Shown piece after piece: positions 39,400-48,069 of a DNA stretch of 61,109 nucleotides. The notes beneath the pieces are model-generated. The model searched no databases. It was not told the origin of the DNA and was given only the letters and a program-made list of their open reading frames with translations. The stretch comes from Candidatus Eiseniibacteriota bacterium (GTDB lineage: Bacteria; Arandabacterota; Arandabacteria; Arandabacterales; Arandabacteraceae), in the NCBI GenBank assembly GCA_043810925.1, contig JBDRNT010000045.1:1-61109 (forward strand), read 5' to 3'. The position numbers and the translations under genes were made by a program. Every line of letters begins with the position of its first letter. The stretch's first letter is position 1.

Positions 39400-40836
39400 C
39401 TACGGGCCGACTTTCGCGATGAACTTCGCCCGCATATCGGGGTCTCTCATCACCCCGACGAAGTTGGGATCAGCCATAAGACCCGCACACCCAGGCTCAG
39501 CCATGAGCGTCATCAGCTTCGGATCGCCAAAGAGCTTCTGAAATCTCCACGGACGATCACCGAGCGCTGCAACGAAGTCCGCATCTGCGAAAAGCTTCTG
39601 AAATCTCCACGGACGATCATTCAGTATCGTCACCAGGTTCTGATCGGCAAAGAGCTTCTGAAATCTCCATGGACGATCAGCCAGCACCGCAGTCATTTGA
39701 TCACCGGCGAAGAGTCTCTGCCATTTGAATGGCCGGTCAGCCAGATCAGCCGCGAAGTCCGCATTGGCAAATAACTTCTGGAACTTCCACGGACGGTCAT
39801 TCAGCACCGCCATGAAGTCCGCGTCGGCAAACAGCTTCTGGAACCTCCACGGACGGTCACCAAGAGCAGCAACGAAGTCAGCGTCAGCAAAGAGCTTCTG
39901 AAATCTCCATGGACGATCAGCCAGCACAGCGACCACGTTAGGATCGGCAAACAACCTCTGGAACCTCCACGGACGGTCATTAAGCACCGTCTGGAAGTGC
40001 GCGTTGTCAAAGAGCTGCTGCCACTTCCACGGGCGATCCCCGAGCTCCGCCTCGAACTTGGGATCGGAAAACTGCTTCTGCCACCGCCCCGGGCGGTCGG
40101 CCAGCACTTTCATGACCATCGGCTCGGCCAGAATAGCGACGATATCCGGATCCGCAAACAGAGCGGAAATCTCTCCATCGGCGAAGAGATCCGCTATTTC
40201 GGGATCCGCAAGAACAGCTGCTATCTCGGCCTCGCCGAGGATCTCTCCTATTTCCGGATCGCCGAACAGGACTGCTACTTCCGGATCGGCAAAGAGCTTC
40301 TCCCATCTCCATGGCCGGTCGGCCAGCACTTCCATCACATCCGCATCGGCAAAGAGCTTCTGCCACCTCCACGGACGATCAGCCAGCACCTCCATCAACT
40401 CGGGGTCACCAAAGACGGCTGCAACGTCTGCCTCAGCAAGGATAGTGCCTAACTCCGGGTCACCCAGGAGAGCCGCCATCTCGGCATCGGCAAACAGCAT
40501 TTGCCACTTCCATGGACGGTCAGCCAGTCCATCAGTGAAGTTCGGATCGGCCATGACTGCCTGAAACGCCGGGTCACCCAGCAGGGTCTGAACGTCATCA
40601 CGCTGAAGCAGCGCGTGGAATTCAGCATCCTCAAGGATGACATCCGCGTCCGCCATCTGTTCGGCACGGTACTTCTCGGCTTTCTCGACGCCACCGATTG
40701 TCGCCTTAACATCCTCGGTGGGCGCCTCCCTCTGAACCCGTGCGACGACCAGGATGACAACCACGACCACCACCGCCACACCGATTATCACAGCCCAACG
40801 TCCGTGCTTACTCGGCCTGCCGGAATTCTCCGTCAT
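39400..40836 (-). CDS. Membrane-anchored helical repeat protein (9-aa DP-type and 11-aa DRPWRFQKLFA units)
   Basis: Single N-terminal TM; 13 DRP-[WFG]-[RK]-[WF] motifs; uninterrupted frame across a 60-bp DNA periodicity. Confidence 0.85.
   Translation of the reverse strand: MTENSGRPSKHGRWAVIIGVAVVVVVVILVVARVQREAPTEDVKATIGGVEKAEKYRAEQMADADVILEDAEFHALLQRDDVQTLLGDPAFQAVMADPNFTDGLADRPWKWQMLFADAEMAALLGDPELGTILAEADVAAVFGDPELMEVLADRPWRWQKLFADADVMEVLADRPWRWEKLFADPEVAVLFGDPEIGEILGEAEIAAVLADPEIADLFADGEISALFADPDIVAILAEPMVMKVLADRPGRWQKQFSDPKFEAELGDRPWKWQQLFDNAHFQTVLNDRPWRFQRLFADPNVVAVLADRPWRFQKLFADADFVAALGDRPWRFQKLFADADFMAVLNDRPWKFQKLFANADFAADLADRPFKWQRLFAGDQMTAVLADRPWRFQKLFADQNLVTILNDRPWRFQKLFADADFVAALGDRPWRFQKLFGDPKLMTLMAEPGCAGLMADPNFVGVMRDPDMRAKFIAKVGP
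39527..40110 (-). repeat. Coding tandem repeat, 60-bp period, about 10 copies
   Basis: AGCTTCTGAAATCTCCACGGACGATCA-like core recurs every 60 bp with mostly synonymous variation. Confidence 0.9.
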
Positions 40837-40914
40837 CTCGATCCCCCCCTTTCCTTTCTAAGGTTCGTTTGACGATCCATTCTCCTACCTCCTCTTCTTC
40901 CTCCACACCCTAAT

Positions 40915-40939
40915 TACAGAACAGAGTCCAAAATGTTGG
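40915..40939 (-). promoter_or_regulatory. Putative ECF-sigma promoter of the repeat-protein gene
   Basis: CCAAC-N16-TGTA; same motif and spacing as 42326-42350. Confidence 0.6.
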
Positions 40940-40950
40940 AGCCAAAACCA

Positions 40951-41781
40951 TCATTTCCTCCCGTTTTCCCCCGGTTTTTCCTCACCGGTCCGCGTCTCGG
41001 GCTCCGGTCCTACATCAAATCTGTGGCTCAGGATAGTCTCACCCGAGACCATTATCTTGAAATCGACGGGTATGGCCGAAGCCGTCTGCGTGACGAAAGC
41101 CAGCATGAACTCCACTGCCCCGGACCCCGATACACTGACACAGCCGTCGTCAGTCTCAAGGCCAATCTCCCCGTAGGCCAGAGGTCTCAGACCGCTGAAA
41201 CCCATCTGGGCAGGATCGTACAGTAGCAGCACTTCAAACGCGTCCGTGCTCTCGAGTATCACCTTGAACCTCAAGAGGTCCTCAAACCGCAACAGGTTTA
41301 CGCTTCCCGTAGCCTCCGGCATGTCGACCGGCACCCGTTCTACCGGCGCGAAGCGCGACTCTTCGCTGATGCCGATCGTACCGTACATCTCTCTAACGTC
41401 GGAGCCGTACCTTCCCCCGGGAGCGGTCAGGAACACGGAATAAACCACCAGGCCCACGACCATCCCGAGGGCGAATGCGTACGCCAGCCGCGGTTTGAGG
41501 CCTACTTGTCTTGCCTTTAGCAGGAATCGCATCACGGGCCGGCCGCCCCTGGCCCGGTGTCTATTGAAATCCAGCGAATTCATTATGCTCTGCTTGAGGT
41601 GCCCGGGCGGCTCGACGTCACTGACTTGCCTGAGCAGATTGGAGGTTTGAAGGACCTCTCTATAGAGTTTCTGCGCACCCGGGGTCTTTCGCATGTACTG
41701 ATAGAGCGCTTCTCTTTCGTCCGGACTTATGGTCCCGGCCATCTCCTTGTCTATCAGCTCGATGTACTCTTGCTCATTCAT
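40951..41781 (-). CDS. Transmembrane anti-sigma factor
   Basis: Overlaps the sigma stop; N-terminal anti-sigma-like helices lacking HxxxCxxC; VEPP..LK; one TM; periplasmic beta domain. Confidence 0.78.
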   Translation of the reverse strand: MNEQEYIELIDKEMAGTISPDEREALYQYMRKTPGAQKLYREVLQTSNLLRQVSDVEPPGHLKQSIMNSLDFNRHRARGGRPVMRFLLKARQVGLKPRLAYAFALGMVVGLVVYSVFLTAPGGRYGSDVREMYGTIGISEESRFAPVERVPVDMPEATGSVNLLRFEDLLRFKVILESTDAFEVLLLYDPAQMGFSGLRPLAYGEIGLETDDGCVSVSGSGAVEFMLAFVTQTASAIPVDFKIMVSGETILSHRFDVGPEPETRTGEEKPGENGRK

Positions 41782-42319
41782 TTCCGATTATCCCTCGGGC
41801 CACCAGCACCTTCCTCAGAAGCTGCCTGCCTGTAAACAGTCTGGATTTGACCGTCTTCTCCGGGATCTCAAGAATGTCACTCATCTCCTTGTAGGAGAGG
41901 TTCCTGAAATGCTTGAGCACAACGACGGTGCGGTAGGTGGGGTCGAGCTCCATCAAGGCCTCCCCCATCTTGCGGCTCAACTCAGTATCGCTGTATGCCT
42001 CGTCCGGCGCCTTGCCCTTCGAAACCATGTCCGCGGTCAACTCGGTCATGCGCTTGCGCTGGTTGATGTGATTGAGCGCCTCGTTGATCGCTATCCGGTA
42101 GAGCCAGCTGAAGAACCGGTACTTGGGATCAAACGAATCCATTTTCTCGTAACTCTTGATGAAAACGACCTGGGTGATGTCCTCCGCCGTGTCATAGTCG
42201 TTGACCATCCTGTACGCCACGTTGAACACCACCTTCTGGTATCGATTCACAAGTTCTTCGAATGCTTGCTCAATACCCTCCAAGCATTCCCTTACCAGGT
42301 CCTTATCGTTGCGTTCCAT
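41774..42319 (-). CDS. ECF RNA polymerase sigma factor (SigW/RpoE-like)
   Basis: AFEELVNRYQ, AEDITQ, FFSWLYRIAIN, LSYKEMSDIL..P..TVKSRL. Confidence 0.93.
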   Translation of the reverse strand: MERNDKDLVRECLEGIEQAFEELVNRYQKVVFNVAYRMVNDYDTAEDITQVVFIKSYEKMDSFDPKYRFFSWLYRIAINEALNHINQRKRMTELTADMVSKGKAPDEAYSDTELSRKMGEALMELDPTYRTVVVLKHFRNLSYKEMSDILEIPEKTVKSRLFTGRQLLRKVLVARGIIGNE

Positions 42320-42325
42320 ATGAAG

Positions 42326-42350
42326 TACATTGCAGGACTCGAGAAGTTGG
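42326..42350 (-). promoter_or_regulatory. Putative autoregulatory ECF promoter (leaderless transcript)
   Basis: CCAAC-N16-TGTA ends 6 nt before the sigma ATG; no SD visible. Confidence 0.6.
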
Positions 42351-42477
42351 CGATTTTCTGCAGCCAGAGTCCCTGCCGCGAAACCTCCTGCCCTTAGGGG
42401 CGTGCTTCCATTGCCCCCCGTCCCGGGCACCACGCACTACGGCCCTCCGTGCCAGGGCGCCCACTCTGCTAATCTTA

Positions 42478-42762
42478 CTACTCGATCTCGAAGATCATGT
42501 CGAAGCCCGCATATTGGAAGACTTCTCGGATATGCTTATTCATATTCTTCAGTCTGAGCTGATGACCGGCCTCACTCAGTCGCTTCTGTGTGCTCAGGAG
42601 CACACTCAGGCCGCCACTGGAGATGTATTCAAGATTCTCGAAATCCACCACTGAACTCTTGCTGATCTTTTCAAACTCAGCCTGCGCTTTCTCCACCTGC
42701 GCGGCATCAAATCGCCCTGACATCACAACCACATCACCCTCGCGAAGTTCTACGCTAAACAT
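42478..42762 (-). CDS. STAS-domain anti-sigma antagonist (RsbV/SpoIIAA-like)
   Basis: SGRFD, DFENLEYISSGGL with the phospho-acceptor Ser, VFQYAGF. Confidence 0.9.
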   Translation of the reverse strand: MFSVELREGDVVVMSGRFDAAQVEKAQAEFEKISKSSVVDFENLEYISSGGLSVLLSTQKRLSEAGHQLRLKNMNKHIREVFQYAGFDMIFEIE

Positions 42763-43171
42763 TTACGTTCCCCAGATCCTTTACCAACGTGATCTTGCTC
42801 TGCCTGTCGTTGTATTCGTATTTGACCCCATCTATCATTCGCTTGACCAGGTGGACCCCCAGGCGGCCGATCGGACGCTCACTAAGCGGCCGGCCGGTGT
42901 CGTACTCCTGAGCCTCTGTGATATCGAACGGTTCGACGTCGAAGTCCGTCAGAGACACCGTCAGGCTTTCACCGGCTTTCTCAAGACCGATCAGGATATC
43001 GCTGCCACCCCCAACATTGTGTCTTACCATATTAACGAAAAGCTCTTCAATTGCAAGGCTGACTTTGAACATGTCTGTCTCGGAAATACCATTCTCAGTC
43101 CCAAATTCAGATATAAAGGGGAAAATGTCGTCAAGTGCATCCACTTTCCTGTTAAAGCGCTTCTCGATCAT
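42755..43171 (-). CDS. RsbW-like HATPase anti-sigma/serine kinase
   Basis: LAIEELFVNMVRH N-box, IGRLGVHLV G2-like box; TGATG coupling with the upstream phosphatase. Confidence 0.85.
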   Translation of the reverse strand: MIEKRFNRKVDALDDIFPFISEFGTENGISETDMFKVSLAIEELFVNMVRHNVGGGSDILIGLEKAGESLTVSLTDFDVEPFDITEAQEYDTGRPLSERPIGRLGVHLVKRMIDGVKYEYNDRQSKITLVKDLGNVNV

Positions 43172-44475
43172 CAATTGCACCGCTTTACCACGACGGCCGT
43201 CATGTCGTCCATCTGCGGCAGCTCGCCTGCATGCTGCTGGACTGCTTCTACAATCCTCTCGACCAGGCGTTCTGCAGTATCCCCGGAATTGGCCGTGACC
43301 AGTTCGGCTAACCGAGTTTCTCCGAAGAGCTGCTCTTGCCTGTCGATCGCCTCGGTGATTCCATCTGAATACACAAGCAGTATGTCTCCCATATCAAGCG
43401 TGACCCTGCCTGCCGTGTAGATTGCCTTACCCATACAACCAAGGGCGACTCCGCCCACTTCCAGCCGCCTCGGTTCTTTACCCGCCCTGAACAGGAATGG
43501 CGGGTTGTGACCGGCATTGGAATAGTGCAGATCATGGGCCTTGCTGTCGAGCATGGCATAGAAGAGAGTCACAAACCGATCCAGGTTCATGCCCGTCAGC
43601 AGATGCTCATTCGACCGTCCGAGACAGTCCTCCGGGCAAAGACCTTGCAAGACATACCCCCTGAGCGCTGCCTGTATGTTCGCAACCAGCAGGGCCGCAG
43701 GCATACCTTTGCCCGAGACGTCTCCAAGACAGACACCAAGGCGCGCCCCCTCCCGCGGGATGAAGTCGAAATAGTCGCCTCCCACATCCTTGGCGGGGAT
43801 ACTCCTGCCCCAGATATCATAGCCCGGGATGTCAGGTGCACCCTGGGGAAGCAAGCCCACCTGTATCTTGTAGGCAATCTTCATTTCCTTCTGCATGACC
43901 TTGAGGGCCTGCTCATCCTCATACAGACGGGCGCTCTCGATGACCTGTGCCGACTCGGTCCCGATTATGCTCAACAGCCGCTTGTCCGCATCGGTGAAGC
44001 CTTCTTCAGTTCGTTTGTTGAAGACATTGAGTGAGCCGATCATCCGACCCTTGAAAAGCAGGGGGACACTCAAAACCGAGCGGATAGGCTGGTCTTTGGT
44101 GCGATCGACCTTGAAGCGTTCGTCGTTCTCAAGGTCATTTGAGAGCAGGGGTTTCTTGTATTTAAGAAGCCATCCTATGAGCTGGGTATCGAGGCGAAAC
44201 GGCAACGTCGTCTCGGTGATATCCGCCCGCCGGATCATAGTCTGAAAGGGTTTCTCCTCATTCTTGGGATCGAGCAGCATCACAGCACCCTGCTCGGCTT
44301 TGATGTGCTTGATGGACTTCTTAACGATCAGCTCCATGATCCTGTCGACCGACCAAGCCGCGCTGATCGCCCTGGTAATATCGTTGAGAATCGTGAGTTC
44401 CTCAAGCGACACCCTGAGCCGCCGGTTCTCCTCTTCGAGTTTCTTCAGGTAACTGTCGCTCCTGGTGTCGACCAT
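43171..44475 (-). CDS. GAF-domain SpoIIE/RsbU-type PP2C phosphatase
   Basis: GAF (SVLSVPL..FTDAD); VGGDYFD, GDVSGKG, NAGHNPP, YSDGITEA, DDMT. Confidence 0.93.
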   Translation of the reverse strand: MVDTRSDSYLKKLEEENRRLRVSLEELTILNDITRAISAAWSVDRIMELIVKKSIKHIKAEQGAVMLLDPKNEEKPFQTMIRRADITETTLPFRLDTQLIGWLLKYKKPLLSNDLENDERFKVDRTKDQPIRSVLSVPLLFKGRMIGSLNVFNKRTEEGFTDADKRLLSIIGTESAQVIESARLYEDEQALKVMQKEMKIAYKIQVGLLPQGAPDIPGYDIWGRSIPAKDVGGDYFDFIPREGARLGVCLGDVSGKGMPAALLVANIQAALRGYVLQGLCPEDCLGRSNEHLLTGMNLDRFVTLFYAMLDSKAHDLHYSNAGHNPPFLFRAGKEPRRLEVGGVALGCMGKAIYTAGRVTLDMGDILLVYSDGITEAIDRQEQLFGETRLAELVTANSGDTAERLVERIVEAVQQHAGELPQMDDMTAVVVKRCN

Positions 44476-44684
44476 GGCTAGCGATCCTCCGGACTCGAGT
44501 CAGATTCCAGGTGCACCACGACCACTGGCCGTGGAATGTATCGTGCGCACGGGGGGCGTACGCAGCAGCCCTTAAGCAGCATGATACACTCTTCGAGAGG
44601 TGCTCCCAGGGGTCAATCCTCCCTTACGCTTTGCTTCCGCCATCGCTGTAATGATTATATGACACCGGCTGCCACCCGGTCAAA

Positions 44685-44784
44685 AGATAATTCGGTGACG
44701 GTTTGCCAATTTCTTGGGTTCGCCAGTCAGGGGGATAGTCCGGTGAGATAATCCGGTGACAGTCTACTGATTTCCTGGGTTCGC
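44685..44784 (+). repeat. AATYCGGTGACA-family repeat: two imperfect 39-bp direct copies
   Basis: AGATAATTCGGTGACGGTTTGCCAATTTCTTGGGTTCGC versus AGATAATCCGGTGACAGTCTACTGATTTCCTGGGTTCGC. Confidence 0.75.
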
Positions 44785-44918
44785 GGTTCCGGCTTCTTTA
44801 GCCCGGTGAAGCACCGGGGATCAGTCAACCATCACCGATGGAATGCATTGACTTCATGGGTGTGACTTGTTACTGATAGAATTCATTGTGACGTCGCAGC
44901 CCTGATGCAGGTGGATAA

Positions 44919-45368
44919 ATGGTTTTCAGAGAGATCACAGACACTGATGTGCCCGCGCTCTTCGTAGTACGTGTGGCAACCCGTGAGAATACGCTTTTTC
45001 TCGAGGAGCTTCACAATCTCGGAATAACCGAGGAGTCGGTACGCGAAATGCTCGTGACTTCGCACCGTGGTTGGCTGTGTGAGGATAGGGGCAGGGTAGT
45101 TGGGTTCACAATGGGTAATCGCGAGACCGGCGAGATGTGGGTGATAGCCGTACTGCCGGAATACGAAGGCAGAGGTATCGGTGCAGGATTGCTCACGCTC
45201 GTCGAAGAATGGCTCTGGTCGGCCGGTTGGGACGAGATCTGGCTTACGACGGACACCGACCCCGCGCTTCGCGCCTACGGCTTCTATATGAAGCAGGGCT
45301 GGCAGGACTCGAAGATCAAAGATGACCTCAGGTACATGACAAAGAAGAACCCGCACATAATTCGGTGA
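44919..45368 (+). CDS. GNAT family N-acetyltransferase
   Basis: AVLPEYEGRGIGAGLL, AYGFY..QGW. Confidence 0.9.
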   Translation: MVFREITDTDVPALFVVRVATRENTLFLEELHNLGITEESVREMLVTSHRGWLCEDRGRVVGFTMGNRETGEMWVIAVLPEYEGRGIGAGLLTLVEEWLWSAGWDEIWLTTDTDPALRAYGFYMKQGWQDSKIKDDLRYMTKKNPHIIR

Positions 45369-45396
45369 CACACAATTCGGTGACAGTTTAGTAATT
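45358..45396 (+). repeat. AATTCGGTGACA tandem pair supplying the GNAT stop codon
   Basis: TAATTCGGTGACA-CAC-AATTCGGTGACAGTTTAGTAATT. Confidence 0.75.
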
Positions 45397-45672
45397 ACAG
45401 ACGGCTCAGGCTATATGTCGGGCACAGCGACCGATGCTACACGGACCACGTGACGCCCCCCGGATTTTGTGCTTTTCCCGGCAGAAAACCCCGCGACACT
45501 GATGCAAAGATTGAATATAGTATTGGCGAGGCCTGTAACAGGCCGAACTCCCCTGTGTAGCCGGTAAGCTCCCCTGTCACCGGTTTGGTTTCCCGTGTAA
45601 CGCCGGTCCGTCGCTGCCGCGACCGACGGATGTACCCCTGCATGACCTGTATGAGAGGTAGGCTCGTAGCAG

Positions 45673-47496
45673 ATGAAGACATCGAGCAGGTCGTTGCTCT
45701 TGCTTCTTGCATGTATCTGCCTGACGGTCTCGTGCCGAACGGGAAACAGGCAGCCAAACCTTGTGCTGATTGGGATCGATACCCTCAGGCGGGATCACCT
45801 GGGTTGCTACGGGTATCACAGAGTGACCAGTCCAAACATAGACCGGCTTGCGAGCGAAGGCGTGCTTTTCGAGGATGCGGTGAGTCAGTCACCCTGGACA
45901 CTTCCATCCTTCGCCACAGTTTTCACATCACTCTATCCGACCCAGCACGGCGCAGGCTTCATGGGAGCAGGTGCCGGTCACTTCGGACACAGCATGCGGA
46001 CTTCCTTCCCTCCCCTGGCAATGATACTGCTCAAACAGGGCTACTCGACGGGGGCCATCATAAACGGACCGGCCCTCTCGCCTGAGTACGGTGTCGATAG
46101 AGGCTTCGAATCCTACGAAGGAACACCGGGCTGGAAGGATAGACCGGCAGATGCGGTAACACGAGAGGCGCTTAGGTGGATAGACGATCACAAGGATGGA
46201 CCTTTCTTCATGTTCGTGCACTACTTCGATCCACACATTCCATACTCACCACCCGCGCCCTATGACACGCTCTTCGATCCGCGTTACAGCGGCAGAGTGA
46301 GCAAGGGCTTTGACCGTGACACCTACGCCTGTGCCAGGCGGGCCCTTTCGCTCAAGGGTGATCCCCGTGCAGAGGCGGATTGGAATCACCTCAGGGCTCT
46401 TTACGATGGTGAGATAGCATTCACCGACGAGGCCGTGGGACAGCTGCTCAGGGGCCTTACGGATCACGGACTGAAATCGAACACGCTCATCGTCCTTCTC
46501 AGCGATCATGGTGAGGAGTTCTTCGATCACGGCGGCTTTGAGCACGGGCACACGCTCTTCGACGAACTGATAAAGGTTCCGCTCATATTCTCCCTCCCCG
46601 GAGTTGTCCCCGAGAAAGCGAGAGTCACCGGCCAAGCCAGACTGGTGGACGTGCTGCCGACCGTTCTTGAGCTCATGGGTATCAAGCCCGGGACCCATTT
46701 CGAGGGTACCAGCTTGAGACCGTTGATTGCAGGCAATCAGAACCCGGACGATTCGAAGGAAACTCTGCTTCCTCAGACGTTTGCATACTCTGAATCAATC
46801 CTCTACGGTACGGAGAAGAAGAGTGTGACTGTCCATCCATGGAAATTGATATGTGACACCGTGACCGGCGAGAAGATGCTCTACAATCTGAGGCGTGATC
46901 CCTACGAGCAGGTGAACGCGATCGCCACGCATCCCGGGACGCGCAGGGTACTTGAGGAAGTGCTATTCCGGACCGTCTGCGGTATCTCAGAAACCTGGTA
47001 CGTCGAGATGGCCGGTGAAGATCACACCTTCGACATAGCCCTTTCGCTGCCTTCAGGGCGAAGTGCCGGCGAGTTCGAGATCTGCGGGGTGTTTGACAGA
47101 GACGGGCACCTCGTTGACTCTGAAGAGCTCGGACTCGAGCGCACTCAAACCCCTCAAGAGCATGGCCTCACGCTCACCGGGATCAACACAGATGGGGCAC
47201 TCACCATGGCACTTAAGATCGAGCCCGAGAGCGCTCTCCTCGGATTCGATATAAGGATCGACGGTGCGACCGCGCCGGAAAGGACATACCTTGGAAGTGG
47301 TCTCACGAATCCGGGCGTCATGCCGTTTAAGCAGAACAAGACCCGTCGGGAACTATCCAAGGGGGAACCGACCACAAGACCGCTGCCACCCTACATTGTG
47401 ATCTGGCGCTCCGAGAGCGGACGTCAGGTCGATACGCCGGTCAATCTCGCAGATGACACCAAGAAAAGGCTCAAAGCCCTCGGCTACATCCAGTAG
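45673..47496 (+). CDS. Sulfatase-family lipoprotein
   Basis: Lipobox-like VSC; IDTLRRDHL, SPWTLPS, HYFDPH, SDHGEEF..HG, LKALGYI. Confidence 0.85.
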   Translation: MKTSSRSLLLLLACICLTVSCRTGNRQPNLVLIGIDTLRRDHLGCYGYHRVTSPNIDRLASEGVLFEDAVSQSPWTLPSFATVFTSLYPTQHGAGFMGAGAGHFGHSMRTSFPPLAMILLKQGYSTGAIINGPALSPEYGVDRGFESYEGTPGWKDRPADAVTREALRWIDDHKDGPFFMFVHYFDPHIPYSPPAPYDTLFDPRYSGRVSKGFDRDTYACARRALSLKGDPRAEADWNHLRALYDGEIAFTDEAVGQLLRGLTDHGLKSNTLIVLLSDHGEEFFDHGGFEHGHTLFDELIKVPLIFSLPGVVPEKARVTGQARLVDVLPTVLELMGIKPGTHFEGTSLRPLIAGNQNPDDSKETLLPQTFAYSESILYGTEKKSVTVHPWKLICDTVTGEKMLYNLRRDPYEQVNAIATHPGTRRVLEEVLFRTVCGISETWYVEMAGEDHTFDIALSLPSGRSAGEFEICGVFDRDGHLVDSEELGLERTQTPQEHGLTLTGINTDGALTMALKIEPESALLGFDIRIDGATAPERTYLGSGLTNPGVMPFKQNKTRRELSKGEPTTRPLPPYIVIWRSESGRQVDTPVNLADDTKKRLKALGYIQ

Positions 47497-47544
47497 ATCA
47501 GCAGTGAAGAGTCTATTGAACCCGTATGTACTCGGCGTACGCCA

Positions 47545-47607
47545 GGTTGACGCCTCGCCTCACAGGCCGCGAGGTACGAGCGGTCCTTGTGCAGACGCTT
47601 GCTATAT
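47545..47607 (-). mobile_element. Degenerate attC site
   Basis: Minus strand ATATAGC..CGTCTgCACAaGGaCCGC..GCGGCCTGTGAGGCG..GTCAACC: hairpin with extrahelical bases; both R boxes deviate from consensus. Confidence 0.6.
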
Positions 47608-48048
47608 CCGTTTAGTCAATTGGTCAGCAACCGCTTGATTCAGCACATTCCGGACCTCGATGAGTGCTTTGTACTTTGACTCTATCTTCTCTATATTTCG
47701 AGACAGAATAGCCTTAAGTAAGTCGCCTTCCATTTCAGCAACATCGATTCTTTCATAATAGTCCATAGTCTCTTTAAGGTGTGCGATAACAATCTTGCCC
47801 GTCAAGACTGGGTGGTTGTTCGTTACATTCGCATCCTCAAATCTTGTTCCATGTTCAAGCTCAACTTCCAAGCCTTTTCGGAAAGCCTTGAGGGGAATAT
47901 TCATTTCTTTGGTATTCACAATATTGAGAATCGTGGATGCCTCTTCCTCCGAAACGGTTGGATCCGTGATTTTGGACCAGTCTCGCAAGCCGATTTCGTT
48001 GCAGACTCTTTTTACCTCGTCAGCAGTCACATACTCCGGCAGTTGCAT
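47602..48048 (-). CDS. DUF5661-like protein (gene cassette)
   Basis: GLEVELEHG..NVTN..TGKIVIAHLKE..DYY; lower GC than the flanks. Confidence 0.75.
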   Translation of the reverse strand: MQLPEYVTADEVKRVCNEIGLRDWSKITDPTVSEEEASTILNIVNTKEMNIPLKAFRKGLEVELEHGTRFEDANVTNNHPVLTGKIVIAHLKETMDYYERIDVAEMEGDLLKAILSRNIEKIESKYKALIEVRNVLNQAVADQLTKRI

Positions 48049-48069
48049 GTCTCTCTCCTTCCATGATTG

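Noticed and set aside
39283-39774. Plus-strand repetitive ORF (ELLKSPRTI repeats)
   Set aside because: Antisense reflection of the repeat protein; the minus frame has the RBS, the TM anchor and operon context.
39527-40110. CRISPR-like array (about 28-bp conserved core every 60 bp)
   Set aside because: The 'spacers' resemble each other, variation is mostly synonymous within an open frame, and no cas genes are present; it is a coding repeat.
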